DNA of 64,000 nucleotides, from NCBI GenBank assembly GCA_963845535.1, contig CAWJSK010000011.1:29551-93550 (forward strand), given 5' to 3'. Origin of the DNA: an uncultured Spirochaetota bacterium (GTDB lineage: Bacteria > Spirochaetota > Spirochaetia > SZUA-6 > Fen-1364). A model generated the notes under the pieces. The model was not told the origin of the DNA. It saw only the letters and a list, made by a program, of their open reading frames with translations, and ran no database searches. Positions 9,239 to 17,767 of this stretch are shown one piece after another (the stretch's first letter is position 1; each line of letters starts with the position of its first letter). A program made the position numbers and the translations under genes.

Positions 9239-9717
9239 GAGAGAAGCTCCCGCAGCCTGCGGGTGGTCTCCCGCGGGTCTTCTACAAGGACCCGTTTGCC
9301 GGCAATCAGGTCCGCGATCCCCGTCTCCCGTGGATAGCGCGGTATGATGTGCAGGTGCAGGTGGTTGATGGAAGCGCCGGCCGCGGGGCCCATGTTGAAG
9401 CCGATGTTGTAGGCATGAGGCGAGCACGCCCGGTCAAGCAAATCGAGCAGGGAGCGTTGCAGCACAGAAAGCCGGCTTTCCTCCGCCGTGGTGAGCTCCC
9501 GCACGTCCTCCACGTGACGCAGGGGATACACGAGCAGGTGGCCGGGGTTGTACGGATAGAGGTTCACCGAGACGATGAAAAGCTCGTCCCGCCAGATGCT
9601 GAGGTCCACCACGTCAGGGTTTTTGTCCCGTATCATGCAGAGAATGCACCCTGAGGGATGCTTGCCTTTGACGTATGCCATCTTCTCGAAGTTCAAGAAA
9701 TAGGAGTGGTCTCCCAC
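9208..9717 (-). CDS. HIT family nucleotide hydrolase / Ap4A phosphorylase
   Basis: CILC, NLYPYNPGHLLV and AGASINHLHLHIIPR motifs. Confidence 0.93.
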   Translation of the reverse strand: MGDHSYFLNFEKMAYVKGKHPSGCILCMIRDKNPDVVDLSIWRDELFIVSVNLYPYNPGHLLVYPLRHVEDVRELTTAEESRLSVLQRSLLDLLDRACSPHAYNIGFNMGPAAGASINHLHLHIIPRYPRETGIADLIAGKRVLVEDPRETTRRLRELLSQSPFSTSTS

Positions 9718-9720
9718 TGG

Positions 9721-10614
9721 CTACTCCAAGCCGCCAAGCTTGTCCATGATATCGAGGGTCTGAAGGTCTTTCGGCGTCAGCTTCTGGCTCGTGGTCAGGA
9801 AGAGGAACTTGATAAGCGCGGGGTATTTTGCAAGCAGCTCGCCGTACTTTGTCAGGACGGCAATGGTGGCTTCCTGTCTCTGCGTCGCTCTGCTTTGAAG
9901 AGCGTCATCCGCGGCTTGCCGCGGAGCAAGCCGGGAAAGGGCCTTCTCCCGTTCATCCAGGATGTTCATGTACGCTGCCCTGAGCTTCCCGTACAGCTCG
10001 GTATCCGGCATCTTGAGGATGATGGGGGAGATCGAAATGAACTCCAGTCGGGGAAAGCTTTCCGTGAGCCCGCGCACAACGGCGGCGCTGAACGCGCCGG
10101 CGTCCGTGGCAGGGCTGGCAGGAGCGTCTGCCGCCGGAGGGCTGCCAGCCATCCCGAGTGCAAGCTCGGAAACACGTCCCTGGATTTCCGAGCTCATCTG
10201 GTCGTACCAGTCCCCGATATTCTCCTGCCGCAGGCCTTCGCTGGCCACCAGCTCCGGAAGCGCCTCAGGGCGGATCCTGTACAGGACGGAAAGCTTGATG
10301 TCCACGGAGAAGTCCGGCCGTTCAGCCATGAGGGCGGAGTAGGCTTCCGCGGAGGGAAGCAAGGAACGGATCTCTGCGTCCATTTTCTCCACGCCAAGGT
10401 TGACGCGGTAGAGCGTCATTGCGCGCGGCACCAGGCGTTCCCAGCGCCATGTGAACCCGGACGGGCTGATGACGGATTTGTCGAACCCTTTGGCGGTGGT
10501 GAACGCCACGGCCCACGTGTCGGGAGCAAGGGAAAGTTGAACCCACCCGGCGAAGAAGCCGACGAGCACCAGCACGAGGAGCACGGCCGACGGAATGTAC
10601 CAGTGATTCCGCAT
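9721..10614 (-). CDS. membrane-anchored hypothetical protein, SPFH/band-7-like architecture
   Basis: N-terminal TM helix, beta-rich middle, coiled-coil C-terminus; ATG 10614. Confidence 0.6.
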   Translation of the reverse strand: MRNHWYIPSAVLLVLVLVGFFAGWVQLSLAPDTWAVAFTTAKGFDKSVISPSGFTWRWERLVPRAMTLYRVNLGVEKMDAEIRSLLPSAEAYSALMAERPDFSVDIKLSVLYRIRPEALPELVASEGLRQENIGDWYDQMSSEIQGRVSELALGMAGSPPAADAPASPATDAGAFSAAVVRGLTESFPRLEFISISPIILKMPDTELYGKLRAAYMNILDEREKALSRLAPRQAADDALQSRATQRQEATIAVLTKYGELLAKYPALIKFLFLTTSQKLTPKDLQTLDIMDKLGGLE

Positions 10615-10707
10615 GTATCTTTCCCTGTCCGTGCCGCCAATTCGTGGCGCGGACCGCAACGCACCACGCTGGCGCTGCCGCTGATGGTGAACTATATTGT
10701 AACTCGG

Positions 10708-11043
10708 ATGAAAGAATATCCCTTTCTCACACGGCTGTCCAGTTTTACGGGGAAGGCGGTCGTGTTTTTCTTTTTTCTTTCCGTGCTTCTTTTCTTTTTT
10801 TACATCCTGGGCAATTACCAGGACTTCCTCGATTCCACGCAGCTGTTCCTGCTGTCCCTCTTGAGGTTTGCTCTTTCCCTGGAGCTTGCCTGCAGCGCGT
10901 ATCTCGCAATCTTCCTTATCCGCCAGAGCGTGCATGAGCGGCGCGCCTTCGTTCTTCGATGGGTGCTGCTCTTCTTCTCGATGACCGGCTCCGCCGGCCT
11001 TCTCCTGGCCTTGCAGTACGTGCGCGCGTGGCTGCATTCCTGA
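10708..11043 (+). CDS. small 3-TM membrane protein
   Basis: MKEYPFL...; three hydrophobic helices; GNYQDFLDSTQ loop. Confidence 0.7.
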   Translation: MKEYPFLTRLSSFTGKAVVFFFFLSVLLFFFYILGNYQDFLDSTQLFLLSLLRFALSLELACSAYLAIFLIRQSVHERRAFVLRWVLLFFSMTGSAGLLLALQYVRAWLHS

Positions 11044-11063
11044 AAAATCGCTATACTCCGAGC

Positions 11064-12246
11064 ATGTCCGTCTTCGCCATCGAATCTCCCGCCTCCATTC
11101 ACTTCGGAGCGGGTTCCCGTCAGAAGCTTCGCGACGTCATAGCGGTTGCTGCACCGGAAGCACGGCGTATCCTTGTGCTGAGCGGCGCGCGATGGCTCAG
11201 TTCCTCCGGCTGGATGAAGGAAATCAGCCAGCTGCTCTCCGGAGTCGATCTTGAGCCGCTGGCGTGCGCGGAAGGGGAGCCCTCCACGGAATCCATGAGC
11301 CTCGGCCCTTGAAAGCGCGCGCGCGTTTTCCCCTTCTTTGATCCTGGCCATTGGCGGGGGCTCTGTTCTGGACACTGCCAAGGCGCTTTCCGCTCTCCTG
11401 CGCCATGGAGGGCCTGTTACACGGTTCCTTGAAGGCGTGCCGGGATCAATTCCCGTCCCTGGACCGGGCGTCCCGTGGATTGCTTTGCCCACGACGGCCG
11501 GAACTGGATCCGAGGTGACCAAAAACGCAGTCATTCGTGTAACCAGCCTCGGCGTAAAAAGGAGCATGCGCTCGGCGCACATGCTAGCCCGCGCCGTCGT
11601 GGTGGACCCGGAGTTGACCCTCTCCCTGTCCGCGAGGGTGACAGGGATATCCGGCCTTGATGCGCTGACCCAACTGGTGGAAGCCTATGTGACGCCAAAA
11701 TCCAACCCGTTCGTGCGTTCCCTGATCGAAGGGGCATTCGGCCCCATGCTTGCCTCCCTGGAACGCCTTGCCGCGGAACCGCGCAACCTTGATATGCGCT
11801 CCGCGGCGAGTTACGGAGCGCTCATCTCGGGGATTGCGCTTGCAAACGCCGGGCTTGGCGCGGCGCACGGGTTTGCCGCGGCGCTGGGAGGCATGTTCAA
11901 CGTGCCCCACGGCCTTGCCTGCGCCGTTTCCCTTCCGCACGTCCTGGAGGCCAACGCAGCGGTGATCGGCGAGTCGATGACCCGGCTTGCCATGTCGACA
12001 CGCACGGGATCCCACGCGAATGGGGACCCGGTGGGATGGCTCGCAGGCAAAGTGAGTGACCTGCTGCAGCAGTTCGGGCTGCCGCTCGACTTGCGGGAAT
12101 ACCGGATTCCTGCCGAAAGGATCAGTGAGATAGCACAGATGTCATCGGGATCCAGCATGAACGGCAATCCGCGTCAGCTCAGCATGGAGGAACGGGAAGA
12201 AATCCTCTCGAAAATTGTCCGTGGCCAGAAGAGGTCCGCGCCGTGA
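11064..12246 (+). CDS. iron-containing alcohol dehydrogenase, +1 frameshift near 11298
   Basis: N-part PASIHFGAG...GEPS (to stop 11312) joins C-part AIGGGSVLDTAK, PTTAGTGSEVT, DALTQLVE, HG...PHG. Confidence 0.88.
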
Positions 12247-12611
12247 CAAAGGCTGCCCGAGGAGCAATCCAGGTCGTACAGAACGAGCGGCAATCCATCT
12301 ACTCGGCCGCCCGGCGTCTCGTGGCCGAAATGTTGAGCGTGAACATGATCCGCCGGGAGGACATCGTCAGCATCATGTTTTCGCTGACGATTGATCTTGA
12401 TGCTGGGAACCCTGCCACGGGACTGCGTGAGAAAGAGTTCCAGGAGACGCCCCTCTTTTGCGTGCAGGAGGCGAGAGTCGAAGGCGGGGTGCCCCGGATC
12501 ATTCGCGCGCTTATCACGTTCGAGAGCCTGCCCGCGCGGAAGGTCAAAGCTGTCTACCTGGATGGCGCTGAGGCGCTTCGACCCGACCTTGCAACGGGGA
12601 GACCCTCGTGA
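12243..12611 (+). CDS. aroH: chorismate mutase, AroH class
   Basis: ARGAIQV, SIMFSLTIDL...PA, CVQE and VYLDGAEALRPDL motifs. Confidence 0.9.
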   Translation: MTKAARGAIQVVQNERQSIYSAARRLVAEMLSVNMIRREDIVSIMFSLTIDLDAGNPATGLREKEFQETPLFCVQEARVEGGVPRIIRALITFESLPARKVKAVYLDGAEALRPDLATGRPS

Positions 12612-14158
12612 GCGCTCCTCGGAGCGTGTGGCACGTCACGCGGGAGTACGCCGGGCTGGCCGAGGCGGGCGGCGTCAAGGACGTTGTCCGCGGGCTCGCT
12701 GACGCCCTGGTGCGCAAAGGCGTGCCGACGACTGTCGTCCTGCCACGGTACGGCTTTCTGAGCCGTGACGTGGACCGCGGGAGGCCGGTTGTTTCTTTTA
12801 CCGTGTCTCTCCCGGATCAGGACAGGGAGAACCAGCTTTTCGACGAGCGCGTCCAGGTCTTTGAATCGCAGATGGAAGGGGTGAGGCTCCTGTTCGTCGA
12901 GTCGCCGCGGTATTCCGCGCTACGCGACGTGTACACCTATACCGCTCAGGACGAAGCCGAGAACACATGGCGCAAGAAAGGGACAGGGCACTGGGACTCC
13001 CATCAACTGAACATGGTGTTGCAGCGGGCCGCGTTGGAATCCGCCGCGCTCCTCGGCGCGGCCGGGGTCCTTTTCCATTGTCATGACGGACAGACCGCAT
13101 TCCTGCCGGCCTTGATGAGAGAGTTGCCATCCTACGCGCAGAGGTTCAGGCAAACGGCTTCCGTGGTGACCATCCACAACGCGGGAAAGGGCTACCACCA
13201 GGAGGTTTGGTCTTCAGAGTTCGCCGCGCTCCTGACCGGACTACCCGGGACCGTGCTCCAAAAAGGAATGCTCGGCGGCACGATAGATCCGCTCCTGCTG
13301 GCGGGCTCCTATTCCTTATTGTGCACGGTTTCGGAGAATTACGCCGCGGAGCTCCTTGCTGAGAAGGCGGAAGAAAGAAGCGGCGGCCTGGGGAGAATAT
13401 GCCGGGAGCGCGGCATTGCGCTCCGCGGCATCACCAACGGAATTGATCCGATGCCATGGGACCCGCGCTCGGTCGAACACTCCGGTCTTCCGTTTGCCTT
13501 TGATCCATCGACAGGCGATCTCGAGGGGAAGAGAAAATGCCGTCATGCCCTGGAGACGAAGCTTGGTTTCTCCTCGGCCCCCGGAGCGGAGAAAGCTCCG
13601 CTCTACGCTTTCGTCGGCCGTCTCACGGAACAGAAAGGCGTCGATATCCTCTTCAGGTCGCTGAAAGAAATCCTTTCCCGGGATTCAGACCTGCGCTTTG
13701 TGGTGCTCGGATCCGGAGAAAAGCAGCGGGAGGACATGTTCTCCGAGCTGGCGGCCCGTTCCGACGGGAGGGGCAGACTTTGCTTCATTCCGCGTTATGA
13801 TCCGGCGCTTGCCAAGCTCATCTATGCGGGGAGCGATTTCTTTCTCATTCCGTCAGAGTACGAGCCATGCGGGCTTACGGATTTCATCTCCCAGCTGCTC
13901 GGGAGCATCCCGATCGTCCACAGGGTGGGCGGCCTTGTGAAGGTGCAGAACGGGGAGACGGGATTCTCCTATGACGAGCAATCACCGGCAGCCCTCGTTG
14001 CAGTCCTGAACAGGACGGCCAGAATGTTTCTCGAGGATCCAGCGTCGCTGGACGCCATACGGCGAAGATCCTTCTCCGAGATTTTTACTCAGCACACATG
14101 GGACAGGGTCCTGGAGGACGGATACCTCCCGTTCTATGACAGGGCTTTCAAAGGATGA
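12608..14158 (+). CDS. glgA: glycogen/starch synthase (GT5)
   Basis: GGVKDVV, HCHD, TIHN, GITNGID, GRLTEQKG, PSEYEPCGL and VGGL motifs. Confidence 0.88.
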   Translation: MSAPRSVWHVTREYAGLAEAGGVKDVVRGLADALVRKGVPTTVVLPRYGFLSRDVDRGRPVVSFTVSLPDQDRENQLFDERVQVFESQMEGVRLLFVESPRYSALRDVYTYTAQDEAENTWRKKGTGHWDSHQLNMVLQRAALESAALLGAAGVLFHCHDGQTAFLPALMRELPSYAQRFRQTASVVTIHNAGKGYHQEVWSSEFAALLTGLPGTVLQKGMLGGTIDPLLLAGSYSLLCTVSENYAAELLAEKAEERSGGLGRICRERGIALRGITNGIDPMPWDPRSVEHSGLPFAFDPSTGDLEGKRKCRHALETKLGFSSAPGAEKAPLYAFVGRLTEQKGVDILFRSLKEILSRDSDLRFVVLGSGEKQREDMFSELAARSDGRGRLCFIPRYDPALAKLIYAGSDFFLIPSEYEPCGLTDFISQLLGSIPIVHRVGGLVKVQNGETGFSYDEQSPAALVAVLNRTARMFLEDPASLDAIRRRSFSEIFTQHTWDRVLEDGYLPFYDRAFKG

Positions 14159-14961
14159 AAGTGGACCCTGGCGTAAGCCTCAAGACGTCGATCGATGTGG
14201 CGCGAATCCGCCGCGCGTGCCGTGTGGCCGAGGATTGCCTTCGATTTCTGGCCACGCACGTCCGGCCCGGAGTGACCACGGTGGAGCTGGATCGCTTTGC
14301 GGGATCATATCTGGACAAACACAATGCGGCCCCCGCCCTCCGCGGCTACCGCGGCTTCCCCGGCTGCATCTGCACTTCCGTGAACAACGTGGCCGCGCAC
14401 GGGATTCCCACCAACAGGGCCCTCGAGGACGGGGACCTCCTCTCGCTGGACATTACGGTGAGCATTGACGGTTGGTTCGGAGATGCGGCGTGGAGCTTCA
14501 TTGTCGGGAAAGGGAGCCCCGACAGCAGGCGGGTTTTGCGCGCCGCCTGGAGGGCCACACTGTCAGGAGTCAAGGCTGCCCGTGCTGGCAACCGCATTGG
14601 CGATATCGGGGCGGCCATCCAGAAAATCGCCAAGACCTTCGGTTGCTCGGTCATCGAGGATTACGTGGGCCATGGGATCGGCCGCGCGATGCATGAAGAA
14701 CCGATGGTCCTCAACTTCGGCACGGCCGACACGGGGATGAGGATCGTCCCCGGAATGGTCTTCACTGTCGAGCCGATGCTGAACCTCGGGGGCCGCGAGG
14801 TCCACGTCACGGAAGACGGCTGGACGCTCGTCACGACTGACGGCAGCCTGTCCGCGCAGTTCGAGCACACCGTCGCGGTGTTCCGCGATTACACGGAAGT
14901 GCTCACGTACTCGCGCGGCGATATCTTCGAGGCGATGGACTTTCCCCCCGCCATCGCGTAG
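14155..14961 (+). CDS. map: methionine aminopeptidase type I
   Basis: CTSVNNVAAHGIP, GHGIGRAMHEEP, VFTVEPM and SAQFEHTV motifs. Confidence 0.96.
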   Translation: MKVDPGVSLKTSIDVARIRRACRVAEDCLRFLATHVRPGVTTVELDRFAGSYLDKHNAAPALRGYRGFPGCICTSVNNVAAHGIPTNRALEDGDLLSLDITVSIDGWFGDAAWSFIVGKGSPDSRRVLRAAWRATLSGVKAARAGNRIGDIGAAIQKIAKTFGCSVIEDYVGHGIGRAMHEEPMVLNFGTADTGMRIVPGMVFTVEPMLNLGGREVHVTEDGWTLVTTDGSLSAQFEHTVAVFRDYTEVLTYSRGDIFEAMDFPPAIA

Positions 14962-15086
14962 TCAATACTCCGGCCATCCGCTTACCCCCCCATTGCTCTT
15001 GAACGTCGCGGATGAGGCCGGAGACCTGCTCTTCGGTGAGTTAACTTATAAACTAATAAATTAATGACTAACTATATGTGAGGTAC

Positions 15087-15124
15087 TTGTAAACTGACGA
15101 GAAAATGTGCTACACTGTGCACAG
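15087..15124 (+). promoter_or_regulatory. sigma70 promoter with overlapping palindromic operator for the TA-like operon
   Basis: TTGTAA-18 nt-TACACT with extended TG; TGTGC...GCACA inverted repeat and CTGTGCACAG palindrome around -10/+1. Confidence 0.5.
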
Positions 15125-15134
15125 GGCAGCTTTT

Positions 15135-15362
15135 ATGGATGGAGAGAAAAAATCGGACGTATTCCGCCTTCCTGCGGAGGCTGCAGCCAGGGTCAAGAGG
15201 ATCGCTTTTCAGGCCTCCCTCGATCAGGGCCGCCGCGTGCCATTTGCGGAAATCATTATCAAGGGGCTGGATCTCCTGGAGGCGCAGCTCGGCACGGGGA
15301 AGCCACGGGGGAGGAAAAGGGGAAGTGGTAATCGCAGCACGGGCCGTGATAGAATCATCTAA
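15135..15362 (+). CDS. small putative ribbon-helix-helix DNA-binding protein
   Basis: SDVFRLPAEAAARVKRIA ... FAEIIIKGLDLL: beta-alpha-alpha pattern; 15 nt before the next gene. Confidence 0.5.
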   Translation: MDGEKKSDVFRLPAEAAARVKRIAFQASLDQGRRVPFAEIIIKGLDLLEAQLGTGKPRGRKRGSGNRSTGRDRII

Positions 15363-15377
15363 AAGGAAAATGCCGAA

Positions 15378-16070
15378 ATGAGTGGAAAGCTTCTCTATTT
15401 CGACAAGGGGATTTATTCCATACCTGATGCAGCGCGGCTGATTGGCATTAATACACGGAGTATCTCTCGATGGGCGAGAGGATACCACTATCCGCGAAGT
15501 GGAACTGTTCGAAAGAGTCCTCCCGTTTTCAGGGCGGACATCGAGCCTTATGAAGGTAGATATGCACTTAGCTTTCTAGACCTCATGGAGCTGCGCTGGG
15601 TTAAGGCGTTTCGCGAACATGGACTCAGTTTTTACAAGATCAGAATCGCTGCGACTCGGGCGGCGGCAATCTTGAAAACTCATCACCCGTTTGCTTCACA
15701 ACGGCTATTCGATGACAGAAAAACAATCTTCTTTCGAATTGCGCAGGAGGAAAACGATTCTGATCTCCTCGACGTTGTAAAGGGACAATATGGAATCGAC
15801 CGAGTCATTTCTCCGCTCTTTCTTCATGACGTAGAGTTTGAAAATGATTTCCCAACGAGATGGTATCCGGCAGGCAGAGATCAGGGAGTAGTGATAGATC
15901 CAGGATTTTCCTTCGGACAACCGATAGTAGCGAAGTGCAATATTCGGACATCAGTCCTCTATGCATCTTTCAAGGCAGAAGGTTCGATTGAGAAAGCCGC
16001 AAAGTGGTACGAAGTCGCTCCGTCAGCAGTGAGGCAAGCGGTTGACTTCGAAACACGTTTCGCTTCATGA
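15378..16070 (+). CDS. DUF433-domain antitoxin with N-terminal HTH (VapB45/Rv2018-like)
   Basis: GIYSIPDAARLIGI...ISRW HTH, LSFLDLME, VVIDPGFSFGQP...AVRQAVDFE. Confidence 0.85.
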   Translation: MSGKLLYFDKGIYSIPDAARLIGINTRSISRWARGYHYPRSGTVRKSPPVFRADIEPYEGRYALSFLDLMELRWVKAFREHGLSFYKIRIAATRAAAILKTHHPFASQRLFDDRKTIFFRIAQEENDSDLLDVVKGQYGIDRVISPLFLHDVEFENDFPTRWYPAGRDQGVVIDPGFSFGQPIVAKCNIRTSVLYASFKAEGSIEKAAKWYEVAPSAVRQAVDFETRFAS

Positions 16071-16469
16071 AGTTCTATTTCGATAACAACTTGTCACCGC
16101 ATCTTGCGCGCGCCATGAGTGGAAGGAGACGAAATTGTCCATGCGAGGGAAAGAGGCATGGACCGGCTGAAGGATCCTGAATATATCGACATACTTTCAA
16201 GAGAGGGCGGCTGGATCATAGTCACAACTGACGTGGCCATGAGTCGGAGTCCTCACCTAGTTCAAGCACTTGCGTCTTCCGGGCTCATTTCGGTAAGTCT
16301 AAGGCATGGCTGGCTCGAATTGGGCGGCCGTGAAATGGCGTCGCGGCTCCTGAAGCGGTGGTCAGAAATTCGAGAGACGGTGTCGAGAGCTCGTCCATCC
16401 ACGGTTGTATTTGTTCCGATTCGAGGGAAAATCCAGCTTATCAACCTGCCTTCTAAAGGAAGGCGTTAA
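16067..16469 (+). pseudogene. VapC45-like PIN-domain toxin, frameshifted near 16118
   Basis: ATG overlaps the antitoxin stop; MKFYFDNNLSPHLARAM in one frame, then D-x-E-Y-I ... WIIVTTD ... in the +1 frame. Confidence 0.7.
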
Positions 16470-16500
16470 TGTCACCGGGCCGCGCACTCTTGATAATACC

Positions 16501-16529
16501 TTGACACCAGACAGCCCACAAGATAGGTT
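16501..16529 (+). promoter_or_regulatory. sigma70 promoter of tRNA-Thr
   Basis: TTGACA-17 nt-TAGGTT. Confidence 0.65.
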
Positions 16530-16610
16530 TTCTCCGCATGCTGTAACGAGTTATTAGACTGACGATAACTAAGCAGTATTAAATAATTCTATACAGCATA
16601 AAGAATTGTC

Positions 16611-16683
16611 GCCACCTTAGCTCAACTGGCAGAGCACGTGATTTGTAATCTCGAGGTTCTCGGTTCAAGTCCGAGAGGTGGCT
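16611..16683 (+). tRNA. tRNA-Thr(TGT)
   Basis: Cloverleaf with GCCACCT/AGGTGGC acceptor, loop TTTGTAA and TTCAAGT T-loop; no encoded CCA; one U.U mismatch in the anticodon stem. Confidence 0.95.
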
Positions 16684-16702
16684 TCTTACCCGAAGTGGTA
16701 AA

Positions 16703-17254
16703 ATGAAAGACATGGACGGGTCGATGGGCATAGATGACATGAGGCCGGTCTTTGAGCTCCTGAACGCGATGGTGAACGATGGTCTGTTCGTGAACTACGC
16801 GCTCGGGGGGGCGGTGGCTGCCTCGTCCTATATTGAGCCAGCAAGTACCCAAGACATCGACATTTTCGTTGTTCTCCAGCCCTACCCGGGATCGTCCCTG
16901 CTCACTGTCGAGCCGATCAACGAATACCTGAGGTCCAAGGGCGCGGTCTCGGACGGCGAACATATGGTCTACTCTGGTTGGCCACTACATTTTCTGCCGC
17001 CCAAGAACGCGCTTTACCAAGAGGCGCTTGCCCGCGCGAAAAGGTTTGACTACAATGGTGTTGAAGCGAGGGTGTTTAGCATGGAGCACTTGGCTGCTAT
17101 TGCCCTTGAAACGGGACGGAGGAAGGACAAAAACCGTTTGGCGGATTTCGTCGAGTCTTCCCAGATGGACATGGGCACGTTTGAGGACATTGTCCAACGA
17201 CACAGTCTCAAAGGCAAATACGAGGAATGGAAAAAATGGCTGGAAGCAACTTGA
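16703..17254 (+). CDS. Pol-beta superfamily nucleotidyltransferase-like protein
   Basis: YALGGAVAA ... STQDIDIFV ... GRRKDK motifs; start could be 16712 or 16739. Confidence 0.75.
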   Translation: MKDMDGSMGIDDMRPVFELLNAMVNDGLFVNYALGGAVAASSYIEPASTQDIDIFVVLQPYPGSSLLTVEPINEYLRSKGAVSDGEHMVYSGWPLHFLPPKNALYQEALARAKRFDYNGVEARVFSMEHLAAIALETGRRKDKNRLADFVESSQMDMGTFEDIVQRHSLKGKYEEWKKWLEAT

Positions 17255-17394
17255 AATTCGACTTCGACGCCGCGTTGGAGCGGAAAGCTGCCCAGCGCCG
17301 AAGCTACGTCAATCTCACCTTCGCCGAGAGAATGCGCCTTGTAAGCAAGTTGCGCAGAAGGTCACGCAGCCTCGCCAACCACAAGCCCAAATAA
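17236..17394 (+). CDS. 52-aa basic helical microprotein, partner of the nucleotidyltransferase
   Basis: MAGSNLKFDFDAALERKAAQRRSYVNLTFAERMRLVSKLRRRSRSLANHKPK; overlaps the upstream stop; GAGGA upstream. Confidence 0.6.
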   Translation: MAGSNLKFDFDAALERKAAQRRSYVNLTFAERMRLVSKLRRRSRSLANHKPK

Positions 17395-17436
17395 AAACTC
17401 CCCTTCAATCAATGCCGTTCCGTTTTATGTTCTAGT

Positions 17437-17467
17437 GGTTCTCGGTTCAAGTCCGAGAGGTGGCTTC
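17437..17467 (+). repeat. duplicated tRNA-Thr 3' end (att site)
   Basis: 31/31 identity to 16655-16685. Confidence 0.92.
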
Positions 17468-17587
17468 GTCAGAGAATCTGCCACCCCGCTGACGCAGCAG
17501 TTTCTTTCTTGTAGCGTGGACGTTACTCATGCGACATGGCGTGTTACTTCCCTTTCCTAAACTCCTTGTGGGAAGGAAAGGGACGAT

Positions 17588-17767
17588 ATGAATCTTGCGG
17601 GCGGATTTACATCGGTCGAGCTGAAGGACAGGATAAGGCTTCTGCGACTCATGCTGGAGACAACGGAGGACTCCGCCAAGAAAGAGGAGTATTTGCAGAA
17701 AATCAAGGGGTATCAGCGCCTCGTACGTTCCATTTCTCGGAACGAGTCGACCCCCGCCAGCACGTAG
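17588..17767 (+). CDS. 59-aa hypothetical helical protein
   Basis: GGAAGGAAAGGGA upstream; MNLAGGFTSVELKDRIRLLRLMLETTEDSAKKEEYLQKIKGYQRLVRSISRNESTPAST. Confidence 0.5.
   Translation: MNLAGGFTSVELKDRIRLLRLMLETTEDSAKKEEYLQKIKGYQRLVRSISRNESTPAST

Larger units (their letters stand above)
16655..17467 (+). mobile_element. integrase-less mini-island bounded by a 31-bp direct repeat of the tRNA-Thr 3' end (attL/attR-like)
   Basis: GGTTCTCGGTTCAAGTCCGAGAGGTGGCTTC is identical at 16655-16685 and 17437-17467. Confidence 0.8.

Noticed and set aside
11298..11315. Programmed +1 frameshifting at CCT-TGA / TCC-TGA sites (ADH, zinc-binding gene)
   Set aside because: In PP2C, ychF and spsF the conserved motifs require the shift well before the stop codon; T-GAN stops arise naturally in shifted frames; sequencing error is more parsimonious
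16637..16653. tRNA-Thr as a pseudogene damaged by integration
   Set aside because: The single U.U anticodon-stem mismatch lies outside the duplicated segment; all other arms and the promoter are intact
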